Positions 11,403 to 24,885 of a stretch of 64,000 nt of DNA are shown in pieces (the first letter of the stretch is position 1; every line of letters begins with the position of its first letter). The notes under the pieces are model-generated. The model was given only the letters and a program-made list of their open reading frames with translations, had not been told where the DNA came from and searched no databases. Origin of the DNA: Squalus acanthias (taxonomy: Eukaryota). The position numbers and the translations under genes were made by a program. The stretch is from assembly GCA_030390025.1 (NCBI GenBank), contig CM059432.1:99078001-99142000 (forward strand). Reading direction: 5' to 3'.

Positions 11403-14035
11403 ATAAGAACATCAGAACATAAGAAATAGGAGCAGGAGGAGGGCATTTGGCCCTTCGAGCCTGCTCCGCCATTCAATGAGATCATGGCTGATCTTCTACC
11501 TCAACTCCACTTTCCTGCACTATCCCCATATCCCTTCATTCCCTTAATATTCAAAAATCTATCAATCTCTGTCTTGAATATACTCAACGACTGAACCTCC
11601 AGAGCCCTCTGGGGTAGAGAATTCCAAAGATTCACCACCCTTTGAGTGAAGAAATTTCTTCTCATCTCAGTCCTAAATGGCCGACCCCTTATTCTGAGAC
11701 GGTGACCCCTGGTTCTAGACTCCCTAGCTAGGGGAAACATCCTCCCTGCATCTACCCTGTCAAGCCCTGTAAGAATGTTGTATGTTTCAATGAGATCACC
11801 TCTCATTCTTCTAAACTGTAGAGAATATAGGCCAAGTCTACTCAATCTGTCCTCTTGGACAATCCCCCCATCCCAGGAACCAGTCTGGTGAACCTTTGTT
11901 GCACTCCCTCTATGGCAAGTATATCCTTCCTTAGGTAAGGAGATCAAAACTGTACACAGTACCCCAGGTGTGGTCTAACCAGCGCCCTAGATAATTGCAG
12001 TAAGACATCTTTACTCTTATACTCAAACCCTCGTGTAATAAAGGCCAACATACCATTTGCTTTCCTAATTGCTTGCTGTACCTGCATGTTAACATTCAGT
12101 GATTTGTGTACAAGGACACCTAGATCCCTCTGAACACCAACATTTCCCAATCTCTCACCATTTAAAAAATACCCTGATTTTCTGTTTTTCCTACCAAAGT
12201 GGATAATTTCATATTTCTCCACGTTATATTCCATTTGCTATGTTCTTGACCACTCACTTTGCCTGTCTATATCCCCTTGAGGCCTCCTTTAATCCTCCTC
12301 ACAACTTACATTCCCACCCAGCTTTGTATCATCAGCAAACTTGGATATATTACATTTGGTCCCCTCATCCAAATCATTGATGTAGATTGTGAATAGTTGA
12401 GGTCCAAGCACTGATCGTTGCGGTACCCCACTAGTTATAGCCTGCCAACCCGAAAATGACCTGTTTATTCCTACTCTCTGTTTTCTGTCCGTTAACCAAT
12501 CCTCAATACATGCTAGTATATTACCCCCAATCCCATGAGCCCTAATTTTGTTTAATAACCTCTTGTGCGGCACCTCATTGAATACCTTCTGAAAATCCCA
12601 ATACACCACATCCACTGGTTCCCCCTTATCTATTCTGCTAGTTACAACCTCAATAAACTCCAACAGATGTGTCTAACATGATTTCCCTTTCATAAATCCG
12701 CGTTGACTCTGCCCAATCCTATTATTATTTTCTAAGTGCCCTGTTATCACGTCCTTAATAATAGATTCTAGCATTTTCCCTACTACTGATGTCAGGCTAA
12801 CTGGTCTGTAGTTCCCCATTTTCTCTCTTTCTCCTTTCTTACAGAGTGGGGTTACATTTGCTACCTTCCAATCCGCGGGAACCATTCTAGAATCTATGGA
12901 ATTTTTGAAAATGACAACCAATGCATCAACTATCTCTATAGCTAACTCTTTCAAAACCCTAGGATATAGGCCATCAGGTCCAGGGGATTTATTGGCTTTC
13001 AGTCCCATTAATTTCTCCAGTACTACTTTTTTACTAATACTAAAATCTTTCAGTTCCTCATTCTCGCTAGACCCTTGGTTGTCCACTAGTTCTGGGAAGG
13101 TTTTTGCGTCTTCTTCCGTGAAGACAGATACAAAGGCCAGAATTTTGCCAGTCCTCAGATTGCAGGTTTGGAGGCGGGACTGCTGTCAAAATTGCAAAGA
13201 TTGACAGAGGGTAGGAAACCCGCTGTCAACCTGCCTCCAATCAATCTTCCCAAGTGTCGGGTCCTCGATTTGCGCATGGACCCGACACCTAGCCACGGGA
13301 AGAGGATTATAGCCACTTACCTGCCTGTTAACAGGTATTTGATAGTTGTTAACAGGCTCTTTTTCAATTTTGCTACTTCTGCCTCGGGGTTCTCGATGTC
13401 TGGACACCACGCCAGGTAAGTGTGGCATGTTGTGAGTCTGCTGTAATGTTTCTGCATTGATGACAGCTACAGAAGTGGTGTGAAGGATCCAATGGTGCAC
13501 TGGTGAGTTTCAGAGGTAAGAAAATGTTGGGAAAATCATTTGTAATGCATTTACACTTTTCTGTAGGTAACAAGTTTTGAATTGGATGCCTAGCCCCACC
13601 TCATTGGGAGAACCTCTCTCACCAGTGACAGATCGCTTCTGTAACCTCACCTGCAGCTGCCATCTGTTCTAGCCTAAGGAGGGAGTCACTGGAGAGCCTG
13701 GGTGCAAGAGCTCACCTTTGTGCAGTGATTATCAGTGTTTGCAGCACCTCAATGCTGTCAAACACTGGTCCCAGCCCAGTTTATGTGGAGCCCGTCCCAA
13801 CGGAACAGCTGCCTCTTTCCCCAGTACTGGTGCCAGTGCCCCATGAACCGAAACTCCTTCCTCCCACACCACTCTTTGAGCCACGCATTTATACCTCTAA
13901 TCTGTTTGTCCCTATGCCAATTTGCGCATGGGTGGCTCAGGTAACAATCTAGAGATTATTACCTTTGAGGTTCTGCTTTTTAATTTGGATCCTAGCTCCT
14001 CAAACTCCCTCAGCAGAACCTCATTCCTAGTTGTT
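11403..14035 (-). mobile_element. CR1 LINE (RT to 3' UTR 11403-13134; probable ORF1 remnant 13766-14035), frameshifted
   Basis: ORF pieces 'KSPGPDG.YPRVLKEL', 'NYRPVSLTSVVGKMLE', 'SGVPQ.SVLGPQLFTIYINDL...KFADDTKL' and 'RPHLGYC', plus the CR1 3' UTR. Confidence 0.92.
13135..13765 (-). mobile_element. Truncated Harbinger family-A derivative inside CR1
   Basis: Begins with TIR ggccagaattttg. Reverse-complement match to ~59890-60524. Confidence 0.75.
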
Positions 14036-14043
14036 CAATGTAC

Positions 14044-14508
14044 GAAAGAAAAGAAAGACATTTATATAACATTTACATAGCGCAATTCACAACCTCAAGG
14101 CATCCCAAAGTGCTTTATAGTCAATGAAGTACTTTTGAAGTGTAGTCACTGTTGTAATGTAGGAAATGCAGCAGCAAATTTGCAAACAGCAAGGTCCCAT
14201 AAACAGCAGTGTGATATTTGACCAGATGATCTGTTTTAGTAATGTTGGTGAAGGGGTAAATATTGACCAGGTCACCAGGGAGAACTCCCCTGCCCTTCTT
14301 GGAAATAGTGCCATGGGATTTGTTACATCCAGCTGAGACTTGATTTAACGTCTCATCCGAAAGACAGCACCTCCAACAGTGCAGCACTCCCACAGTACTG
14401 CACTAGAGTGGCAGCTTAGTTTATGTGCTCAAGTCTCTGGAGTGGGACTTGAACTAACAACCTTATAATTCAGAAGTGAGAGTCCTACCACTGAGCCAAG
14501 GCTGACAC
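14044..14508 (-). mobile_element. Deu-domain SINE
   Basis: Reverse-complement match to 3111-3560, including head and tail. Confidence 0.85.
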
Positions 14509-14509
14509 A

Positions 14510-17504
14510 AAAAGGCCAGGAAGAGGAGTCCTGAGTGTAAATAGTACAAACCAGAGTGGGCTAGTTATGGGAAGACCGCACCAAGCTGGAGAGACATGTG
14601 GAAACTGTAAGAGAACCACTTCGGAATAAAACACTGTTGTTATTAGTATCCCATGTCTGAATATATCCTAATAAAAGTCTTAATACAAGATGGAAACAGT
14701 GGTGGTAATTCATCATTAAAAAAATCCAGTGATCATAGGAAACTAAAAGGGAGAGTTTGGTGGGGGTCTGATAGGAAAATAAAGGGGGGTGAATAAAAGA
14801 CCTATAAGTGGGTAAAATAGAGAGACAGTTTGAAAGTGCAGATTAATGCTTTCTTTCCACTTTAGTCCGTGAGATTAGTTCAATTTCAGTAATCCAGAAG
14901 CATGGTAAAGAGGGACAAACCAATTTGAAAGACTTAGAATTGCCTTTGGTTTAGATAAAAACAAAGATCAACTGAATCAGATTAACACATTGATATATTT
15001 AATGGGTGAGAAAGCTCAGGATATTTTGAGCTATTTCCAACCGTCTGAGAATGACTGGTACATTATAAACCTGTACTGGATAGATTGGAAAAACATTTTG
15101 TTGCACATAAAAACTTGAGTTTTGAACAAATTAAACTGAAACAAAGGCAACAAGAAGAAAGGGATTTCTAGATAGATTTGCTTCAGTTCTATACTGTCTG
15201 GCTGAACACTGTAGTAATGGCACTTTGCATGACAAAATGATTCATGATCATTTTGTAGTGGGACTTGAAGATAAGAGACTTTCTGAGAGATTACAGTTCG
15301 ACCCTGAATTAACCTTTGATAAAGCAATAACTCAAGGAAGACAAGCAAGGAGTAAAGCAGCAAGGGGAGCAAATGTTGATCAGTTGGAAATATGGGGGGA
15401 GATCAAAGCAGCATTGCAAAGCACCCAGCCAAAGCATACTCCAAAAAGACTCTGGAGAAAGAGAACCTATGGTAGATGTAGGAGATTCCAAATGTAACCT
15501 GAATATATACGCCCTGCTAGAGATGCAAATAAAAGGGACACTTCTGAATAGTACATTGGAATAAAAAGATGATCAGTAGCACTTCAGAGGGGGAACACAA
15601 AGAATACAAACATATATTTTTGGACATGATAGAAAAGAAGGAAGGTAAGCCCATAGACAGGACACCTGTTTCATGTCAAAGTCTCTATTGACTTTAATAT
15701 TGAAATGGGGACGATGCCTATAATAACTGATTGTCTTTATAATAACAAGAAAAGTGGATCACTAAAAATCTTTTAAAAATTCTATTCGTACCATAACATA
15801 GAATGATTCTTGGACTTCCTGAATTCAGGAAAAGAAAGTGCAGCATGAGATTTTAGACATGCACTATCAGCATATCCTGCTAAATAAAGCCTTGGACTAA
15901 TATCCTCAGAGAATACAATAAAAACAGTGTCAATGGACTTCAACGCAGTGTTTACTAAGTTTTTCAAAAACAAGGGCAAGCTCGCTGCTGAATATGGTAT
16001 TAAACTGTGGCCATTTTCCATATCAGCTACTAGATTAATTCCTATTCAACTGTGATTGAAAGTGAAATAAGAATTGCTTAGAATTGAGAAATTGGGTATG
16101 ATATCAAGAGTGAAAGTGACTAAGTCTGGGTTACAGAAGCAAAGGCTGAGGGAACAGTACAACAAGAAACCTCAACAGCTTCATCATATGTTATTTGATA
16201 TCTACTTAGTTTGTAAAAAGAAGTGCCAACACCACCTTACCAAAACAACAGAAAAAGTGACACCCAGAAACCCTTAACCTAACAGTCTGGTGAGATACCA
16301 GAAACCAAAAGAAAAGACAAAAGTTCTCTGAAGTGGGGCCAGAAACCTCTTCAGAATCCTGAGGCACAGCCCCAGTGCAGGTAGCAAGATAAGTCTTGGA
16401 AGACTGAAATACGGATTTTTCTGACTTTTGGCCTTTGGCTTCTCCCACCTTCGCAGGGCACAAAGGTTAGGAAAAAGATGATCAGTTCACCATCTCTTTT
16501 ACATTATCCTGGGATTTCTGGGGCTGTTTTGGGGTGGTTGGGGGGAGCGCACAGTGTTTGCCCATCCATGTGCAGTAGCAAGACCAGTCAAAGAATGCTA
16601 ATGAGGTAGGAGGAAGAGTTCCTGGTCTTCTGTGTCATTTTCCTGTTCAATAGCTTGATGGGTATTCCAGGGTAGGAGGTCTCAAAGAACATAGTGTTAT
16701 GGCCTATCTCTGGACCCCCACCGACTGGGGGATCATGGGGGTTCTGGGGGCAGATGAAGACAGTTCATATTTTTTAAATCCACCAGAATTTTAAAATTAA
16801 TTGAGACATTTTAGCCACTGATCTCCACCAATAGCTGGAAGATCCTGATTGCCACGACCTTAAAAACAATTGGTTTGAATTTCCTGTCCGTTTTGCCATT
16901 GCTATGTCTTGTGCATGTGTTGGCGTGGCGGAGGGGGTGGGGGGGGGTGGAGGGGGTGGGGTGGGTGGGGGGTGTGGAGGGGGTGGAGGGGGGTGGAGGG
17001 GGGTGGAGGAGGCTTAGTGGTGGAAACAAGCATGTGCTGGGGAACTGCCTGGAGCATGGAAATGGCTGGGAACAGGAAATCCTGACAATCCTAGGGCTGT
17101 TCTGGAGCACTGTACTTTGGGTGCACTGCCCCCATCTAGCGCCAGGGAGTGGGTAGGCAGAATAACATACACTTACATCTCTAAAAAGACTGGACTTATA
17201 CCCGATAGGTCTGGGAGGATAATCTTTCATTAGAATATTTTTGCCTGGAATTGGGAACATAGGGTTACCTAGTTTTGGCATAAGGAATGAATGAATTATA
17301 TGCAATGTAAGAAATGGCAAGTAGCCAAAGTGCTGAATGAGTGGAAAAGAGGGGACAGAAAGAAGTGCAGACCAATAGGAACTGATTACAAAGAACTCTA
17401 TAGCTTAGGAAGAGGGGTGAAAAATGCAAGAGAAGTATCCAAGAAGAAAAACCGGTTGTTGTGAGTATCCTGTGTCTGAGTCTATACTAATAGAAACGTA
17501 ACGC
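14510..17504 (+). mobile_element. Old degraded Gypsy LTR retrotransposon
   Basis: Gag-like 'MIHDHFVVGLEDKRLSERLQFDPELTFDKAI' (15225-15497) and pol-like 'LRIEKLGMISRV'. Diverged LTR ends at ~14625-14687 and ~17445-17504 share gttgtt..agtatcc..tgtctga.t.tat.ctaata.aa...ca. Confidence 0.55.
16923..17012 (+). repeat. G-rich low-complexity tract (G-quadruplex potential)
   Basis: Many G4-G10 runs separated by t or tgga. Confidence 0.8.
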
Positions 17505-17832
17505 AATTAAAGCTTTGAATACTATCACAATGAATCCCTGGGCTGCTATGCCATATCACTGTAATGGCTCTTTCTATGTTATGTACACTCTGCTGGACAG
17601 AGTACACAAGAGACATGTCATTTGCACATGATATCAATGATATTTTGCATAAATCTCCACAGCCAAAATCTAATTATGTAAGGTACAGCAATATCTGAAT
17701 AATGTTCTGTAATCAGTTATTCGCGCCAGTATAATCTCATTAGTGTGCACTGCAGCATATGTTTTCTACCTTGTACGAGCAGTACTAGGTACATCATCCA
17801 ACAGCATGCAGACTGAGGCAAGAAAACACATA

Positions 17833-18594
17833 GGGCCAGAAATTCCGTTTTCCGGCTTCCTGCGGGTGCAAGCATCGCGCGCGTACTTACCGACCACGCC
17901 TGCCGTTGTGTTTTGGGCCCAAGAGAACTTTGGCTCCTGGGCCTCCTCCAGCTGCCGGCGCACAGTGCTTGCGTGTCCCAGGGGCGCAGTTAGTTCGAAG
18001 CGTCCCCTGGGATCACGTGGGCCATGGAGAGCCAATCCTAGCAGGGCATTTTCATTAATAGATTTGACAGGAAGACCTGTCAAATCTATGAATTGAAATC
18101 GGCCCCAAAACAACACCTAAACTTCAAATAAATTTAAAAAAAACATCACATTTTTAAAATAACTATAAGTTAAATAAATTAACTACTTTAAACAAAAATT
18201 TTAATTTTTGAAAAAATTTAAATACTTTTTAATGGTGCTAAAAATAAACTTACCTTTCTTTAAAGTATCTAAAAAAGATAAACCTGTTGAAAATTTTTTT
18301 AAATTGTAATTAATTAACCACTTACCTTGTTAAAAACAGATCTTGCGCCTCCTTTTTAAAAGCGCAGCTTCTTCATACTTACCCTTCCGGAGAAACCTGA
18401 AAAAAAAACGAAGTTCGCTGCATGCGCGCAGCCTCTCCCGCGCACGCGGTTCACCTCTGAACCCCTCCCTTCACGAGACCAGAAGTTCCGGTTTCCCGCG
18501 CATGCGCAGTGCATGCAGGAAACCGACACTTCAAGTGGCCTTACGGGTGAGTACACAGCGCGTACTCACCCGACAAGCGCCGAATTTCTGGGCC
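17833..18594 (+). mobile_element. Harbinger-type MITE (family B), 762 bp
   Basis: TIRs gggccagaaattc / gaatttctgggcc with TSD ATA. GC-rich arms, AT-rich core, internal hairpins. Reverse copy at 38185-38947. Confidence 0.88.
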
Positions 18595-20374
18595 ATAGAC
18601 TGCTGAATGTTATTCAAGAGTTTTTAATCCTTTATACTTGTTTGCCTTCATTTTCTCTTGAATTGAGTATCAGAAAATTAATATTGTTGGGAGGGTTGGG
18701 CAGGGGGGGGGTGATATTTTCTTGGCAGTAATTTTAACACTGAGTGACCACTCTGTAGAAAATGAAAATTAAGGTATTAGGGTAGAACTTTTAATTGACG
18801 TAGCTGCTTAACTTGTTCATACTACATTTCTCCTTGCAGGCTTTTTAATAGACAATTTAACATCTGTATAAAATAATGCACACAGAATGTAATATGAGAA
18901 TGTTAAGCATTCATATGTTAACGTTGCCATTCTGAAGTTCTATCCTGTTGCATCATAGCAGTCACTCTTTATACCTATTCAGAAACTTCTAAATTGGATA
19001 TAATACAGTGATGAATAATTCAAAATTGGGGAGCTTAAAGATTCCATTCAGCCAGTTATTAAAAGACTGGACCCAATTAACTCTCGGCATGCTGCTACTT
19101 CCAAATTTAGCTAGTTACAAGGAGTGCTCAACTGGAATTGTAAGTCACAGTTAGATCAGGCCTTAATCTATGCTGGTAGGGCAAAGTTAGTTCAATAGAA
19201 TTAAAGATTAACAAAATTGTTGTGGAGATAAGCGGGAGTGTACACATCATTGTGATGTATATGGAGACATTATACATTAAGGTTGATGATTTTCCTTGTA
19301 CTGATGCACACTCCAATATTGAACCCTGACATTCTATTAGTGCATTGTTCTGAATGCACAGTCTATGTGGATTCAATTGCATCACAGACATGATGGAAAC
19401 AAAGTATTCTGTCGGGACTATTGACCTGAATATGTTAATGTTAGCAAGACCCAAAGGATAAAACAGAATCTCAAAGTTGCAGTTACATATTGGAAGATAA
19501 AAGTCATCATGCTGAAGAGTTTGCTTTACAAATACATTGGAATTGAAAGACTGGCACAGAGGGACATGAAGAAGGCACCAGAGAAGTTGGTAGAAAAATA
19601 AATGTCTCTTCCTTCAAGCACTAGAAATATATTACAGGTAAATAAAATATAAATGTTGATTTTAAAACTAATATTATGGTTTTCTCCACTAGACTCTGAG
19701 TTAAAGACTTGAAGTGAAAAGATGATTGGTAAAAAAGAAACATCTCTCGATAATGTTTGCAATGCCATAGCAATTCTCTGCAACATCCAAACAATATATG
19801 TAATAGATAAACATTGTAGTAAAAAAATATTTTTATGATATCACAGCCTACGACAGGTTTGCAAGTTCACTGTACTAAAGTTTGATTATTCATTTCTATT
19901 TACAGATTTATCAAAAAGTAGTTGTCAAACTTTGGTAGGACTTCCAAGACTTTAGGATAGACCTTAGGAGAAGTGGATCCTGGTTACAAACATCTCCCAA
20001 AGGAAAACCCTTTAGTTGACTCAAGAGATCTTGGAACAGCGACATCATGAAGGGTTATTGTTCCCCCCAATTATGTCAAAGCATGTTGCATAATGTTTTG
20101 CACTTTTGACCATATCAGTGCATATTGGATTAACATTTTACTACATTAAAGGCGCTATATAAATGCAAGTTGTTGTTGTTGGATATTCTCTGATTACACC
20201 CCGGCTTGCACATTTTGAATCATGTGATTAAGATGTTGGGAGATCAATGAAGGGACTAAAGTTGTTTTGTGTGTGTGATTTGTCCCTTAGTTTGTTGCTA
20301 TAATCCTATGACTTTATAATGTAGACCAGAGAAGATCAATGGAAGATCTACCAATTGATGTTGATGAGTCTTCC

Positions 20375-20575
20375 TACTGCTCTCCTCCTTTAAGATGCTT
20401 CTTAAAACCTACCTCTTTGATCAAGCATTTAGTCACCTATCCTAATATCTCCTTCTTTGGCTCAGTGTCAATTTTTCTCTGATTGTACTCCTGTGAAGTG
20501 CTTTGGGACTTTGAGTGATAAGATGATTGGGACTATGCTAAAGGCGTTAAATAAATGCAAGTTGCTGTTGTTGTT
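20375..20575 (+). mobile_element. L2 3' end fragment (another tail at ~20140-20180)
   Basis: cttaaaacctacctctttga...aaaggcgttaaataaatgcaagttgctgttgttg. Confidence 0.7.
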
Positions 20576-22701
20576 GCTTGATTGTACACTCTGAACTCCT
20601 GTACCTGGATAGCAGATATTTACTGGCTGTTGGTAGCTCCCTCCCATGTCTTCAAAATGCTTTAGTTGGCGATAGCAAAACTGGATAAAGCCATCTCCCT
20701 TGTGCAGGCAATGAGGAAATTATGTAATGTATTACTAGAGAGCATACAAACACTGTGATGGAGAAAAAATGTTGCAGATGCTATACAGGCAGACATTGAT
20801 ATCTTCAAGCAGAGCTGAGGAATATTTACAAAGGACTTTTCACATATATTTTAACTATTGCTTTTGACATACTGCTTTAAGTAAAGTTTATGCACCGTTC
20901 TTCCGGACTACTTTTACTGTACTGGGGGATATATGTAAAATAGTCTATATTTAAAGTGTACTGTACTACTGGAATTGCAGGGGCATTAGGGGTAAAATTT
21001 CTTTCTTGGGAATTAATTTGAACAACTTAATCATGATTTCTTCCACCCATGTTAATCATTTTTCCCAGGGCGCCAATGTCTCCTTGATGGACTTTAAGTC
21101 ATGCAAAACATGCAGAGCACATGAAAACAAAGCACAGGAAAAGACCATCTGATCCATCGAGCTTGTCCTATATCGTCATGATATAAGTTCTGCACACCCT
21201 TATTCACACAACTCCCACCATCTACCAATCACACAATCTCCTGGGAGAGAAATATATTTGGCCACTTTAAGAAAAATCTCTGGGAAATTCCTCTCTGACC
21301 CCTGAAGGTGATCAAATAAGTTCCAGGAGATCACAGTGGCTGGGAGACACATCCCTAAATACCTATCTACGTTTTATAAAATCAATCAACCAAACAATAT
21401 TGAGGTGGTTTATACATTTACTATAATGCTGTGGAGTTTGCGGAATTTTAGGTTTCATAAGGATCACATAGGTAACATTTATGTTCATCCCTTTGGAGTA
21501 GGCATTGTATCCTGTATTCTGAAAAGATTGGCCTTAAATTTTATGAAATGTTTAACTAAAATAAACAATCCAGACGTTGTGATGCGTGGTCTTCTCTCCA
21601 TCTTCTTAGCTCCATTTTGGAGCTACTACCACCAGCATATGAGTAATATTTACTCTCTGCATTTGCATGAATTAGAATATGAAATGTGTTTCAATGAGAC
21701 AGAAGATTTGAATAATTTCAACTATTTTCTGATTGTATAACTTGTCACTGGTTTGCAATAAGTGAAGGGACTTAACAGTGTAGGACCACCTGGAAGTCAA
21801 AATATTGTCCCATGAGGTTCATGGAACTTGTAATACATCATGAGATACTGCAGCCCCATAGAATATGTGATACAATAAAGTTAAAAAGAAAGATTATTTA
21901 TGTGCTATCTGTACTTTTCAAAAACTTAGGAAATTTGAATTCATCACACTTTACAACTAAAGGTAACTGAATTTCTGAGAAATCAATCATTGAGCCTTAA
22001 TTAACATTGGAGAATGGATACCAATGAAATTCTACACTTTTGTTTCCAGAAACAGTTCACATAGCTCAGAGAGGGGGGACAAAAGGAAAAGATTGATTTC
22101 TTGAGCTAGCAGAAATAGAGATAAATAGATGTATACTTGTGTGCGCTCCTGCTCTTTATATATTTCCTGTTCCAGTTTATTGTAAAGATACGAAAATATA
22201 CTTTTTCTCTTTTTTCTGAAAAAAGTAAAAGGTTCTTAAGCCTAGAAATTGGGTGGTTTATTGCCACCCGTTAATGCCATAATTGGGTGAAAAATATCAG
22301 CTGCCACTCTTCCGCTAGCTGGTAGTAGGTCCTGCGGCGGCCGCCATTTTAGGGTGGCCGGCAGTGCTGTCAATAGCAACGATTCTGAAAATCATTGAAA
22401 TGAAGCAGATCGTGGCGTCAATGAGTGTGCAACTGATCTGCGAGTTTGGACTTTGCCACTCCACTTACCGGCATGAGCTGAGCAAGCGTTGACAAGCACG
22501 AAGGAGGCTCCAGAAGTGGTATTTAAAGGGATCATCGGCAACCGCTTGCACCTGGCATGTTTGTTCAGTTTAACTGGCTCTGTGCAACTTTCTGCACCTC
22601 CAGCAGCTTTATTAACTTCTTTCAAGGTTCTAAGGTAACAGGGAGTGCTGTTGCAAGTGGAGAACACCTTCATTCTTATTACAAGGCTTCTGCTCACAGT
22701 C

Positions 22702-23878
22702 ATGAGGGCTGTACTGGCAATCCCCCTTGCGCTCGAGTATCTTCGGGAGAGGGAGCGGAGGCAGCGAAGCAGACAAGAAGATGAGCACAGAGGGAGGAGG
22801 AGGAGCATCAGGATGGCTCTCAACAGGAGGCCTTACCCACCTAGGGTCTTCAGAGAGCACTTCTCTTATATCCATTTAAGTGAGGAGTGTTGTATTAGGA
22901 GGCTACGCTTTACCAAGAAGGTGGTCACAGAATTCAGCCACCTTCTGCAACCAGACCTGCAGCCTGAGAGTAGGGCAAACAAGGCTCTCCCAGGGGCCCT
23001 CAAGGTCACCGTGGCCCTCAATTTCTTCGCCAGTGGATCCTTTCAGTCTGCAGCAGGAGACATAGCTAACATCTCCCAGTTCGCCATCCATTGCTGCACC
23101 CAGGAGGTCACTGAGGCTCTCTGCAGCAGTAGAAGGGACTATGTTTTCTTCTCTCTGAGCAGAGAGAAGCAGAATGAGCGCGCATGTGGTTTTGCCACGA
23201 TAGCGGGCTTCCCCATGGTGCAGAGCGCCATCGACTGCACACATGTGGCTTTGCGGGCGCCGTATAATAATCCTGACATGTTCCGTAACCGCAAAGGCTA
23301 CCACTCACTTAATGTGCAGTTGGTGTGCGACCACGCCCAGAGATTCATGATGGTCAATGCCCGCTGGCAGCAGCCATGATGCTTTCATCCTGTGTCAGTC
23401 CGGTTTGCCAGCACTCTTCCAGCCACCACAGCAAACTCGAGGGTGGCTGCTCGGAGACAAGGGTTATCCACTCTGCACCAGGCTCATGACTCCCCTCCGC
23501 AACCCCAACACTCCTGCCCAACACTCATATAACGAGAACCATGCTTCCACCAGGAACATCATCGAGCAGACCATCAGGCTACTGAAGCAATGGTTCTGCT
23601 GCCTTGATCATTCAGGTGGAGCCCTCCAGTACACGCCGGAGAGGGTGTTCCATTTTGTGGTGGTTAGTGGCATGCTTCACAACTTGGCCTTCATGAGGGC
23701 GTAGCCCTTGCCAGCAGGGATTGCGGGACCACCTCAGAAGGAGGACATGGGAGAGGAGGAGGAGTAAAAGGATGAGTAGCAAGAGGAAGAGGACGAGGAG
23801 GGAGGGAGGAGGCAGGCAGCCAATCCCCCTTCCAGACGGGCTGTACGTGAACGGCTCATCAGACTCCGATTCCAATGA
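22702..23878 (+). pseudogene. Harbinger (HARBI1-like) DDE transposase, frameshifted near 23365 and stopped at 23704
   Basis: Motifs 'RRLRFTK', 'LNFFASGSFQ', 'GFPMVQSAIDCTHV', 'NRKGYHSLNVQLVCD', 'GSSHDAFIL', 'LLGDKGYPL', '[15 protein letters not shown]' and 'LHN', followed by an acidic tail. Confidence 0.92.
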
Positions 23879-24156
23879 ATGAAACCACAGATCCCCATTG
23901 CTCACCACATCCCCATCGTACCATCCCTCTGTTACAGAATATCACAGCGTCCTCCTGGGCACAAAACTAGTAAATGGTGGGAGGAGGGCTTAGGTGGAAA
24001 TTGTAGTACAAATAATAGTTCAAAAACAAACAGAAAGGAAGAGAGTAGCGTAACAGTCAGAAATTGTGCTTTAGGCACTACAGGTGAAGGGAAAACTAAA
24101 AAATGTAAAGTGATTAAAGCAGGAAAGAGAAATAAGAAACATGTGAGTAAAACATT

Positions 24157-24885
24157 GGGCTAGAAATTGCAGTCGGAGGTATACTACCGGAGTATGCCTC
24201 CGACCCACGAAAGAATTAAGAAAGTACCTGCTGGGGGCCAGGCGGCGAAAACTTGTGGACTCAGGCCTTGAGGTGGAGGGCAGCGTAATGGCCCATGGAT
24301 CCCAGGGAAGCAGGCGATGTGGAAACGTATCTGGGCCTGGTCCTCCAATCAATAAGCAAAATTCAATTTCAATCATTTGCAAAGGGAATTCCCTAAAGAA
24401 ATGCAATGGAATCCCCAAATAAATATATAATGTACAGAATTGGAATTTTATTCATAATTACCTTCACTCCACCAATCTCACTGAAAAGTTAACTTTTTGA
24501 TAATTTTATACATCATTAAAACTATAATCTGGGCCAATATTTGCATAAACTCATTTCATAATTTAGGCTATGAAAATGTTTAATTAAAGCCTTAGCTATT
24601 CCCTTACGCTGATGCAAACAGGCCCTGTGCCTGCTTACTTCAACCATAAGACTTTGTGCGCAATCACTGGCCAGTTGGTGGCCAAATAGCCCAACTCTGC
24701 ACCAACGATTGCTTTCTCATGGCCCCCGCAGGTGGCCTGTCAAGGTGCTCGTTGACAAGCTGCAAGTTCTAGATTTTGCGTATGTGCAAGCGCATGCAGA
24801 AACCCCAAACTTGCAGGGCATTTCAAAGGGAATACGATGGCATACTCTGATAGTACACCATCATACACACCACAATTTCAGGGCC
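24157..24885. mobile_element. Harbinger-type MITE (family C) in CR1
   Basis: Ends gggctagaaattg / caatttcagggcc with TSD ATT. Subterminal hairpin 24172-24204. Confidence 0.8.

Noticed and set aside
16811..17320. Pro-rich and Gly-rich ORFs
   Set aside because: Artefacts of the G-rich tract.
19602..19934. Possible host exons MSLPSSTRNILQ / IYQKVVVKL with GT-AG sites
   Set aside because: Very short, no recognisable homology, and no downstream exon chain.
22645..23704. Host HARBI1 gene
   Set aside because: Frameshifted, intronless and paired with a Myb gene, so it is a transposon copy rather than the domesticated gene.
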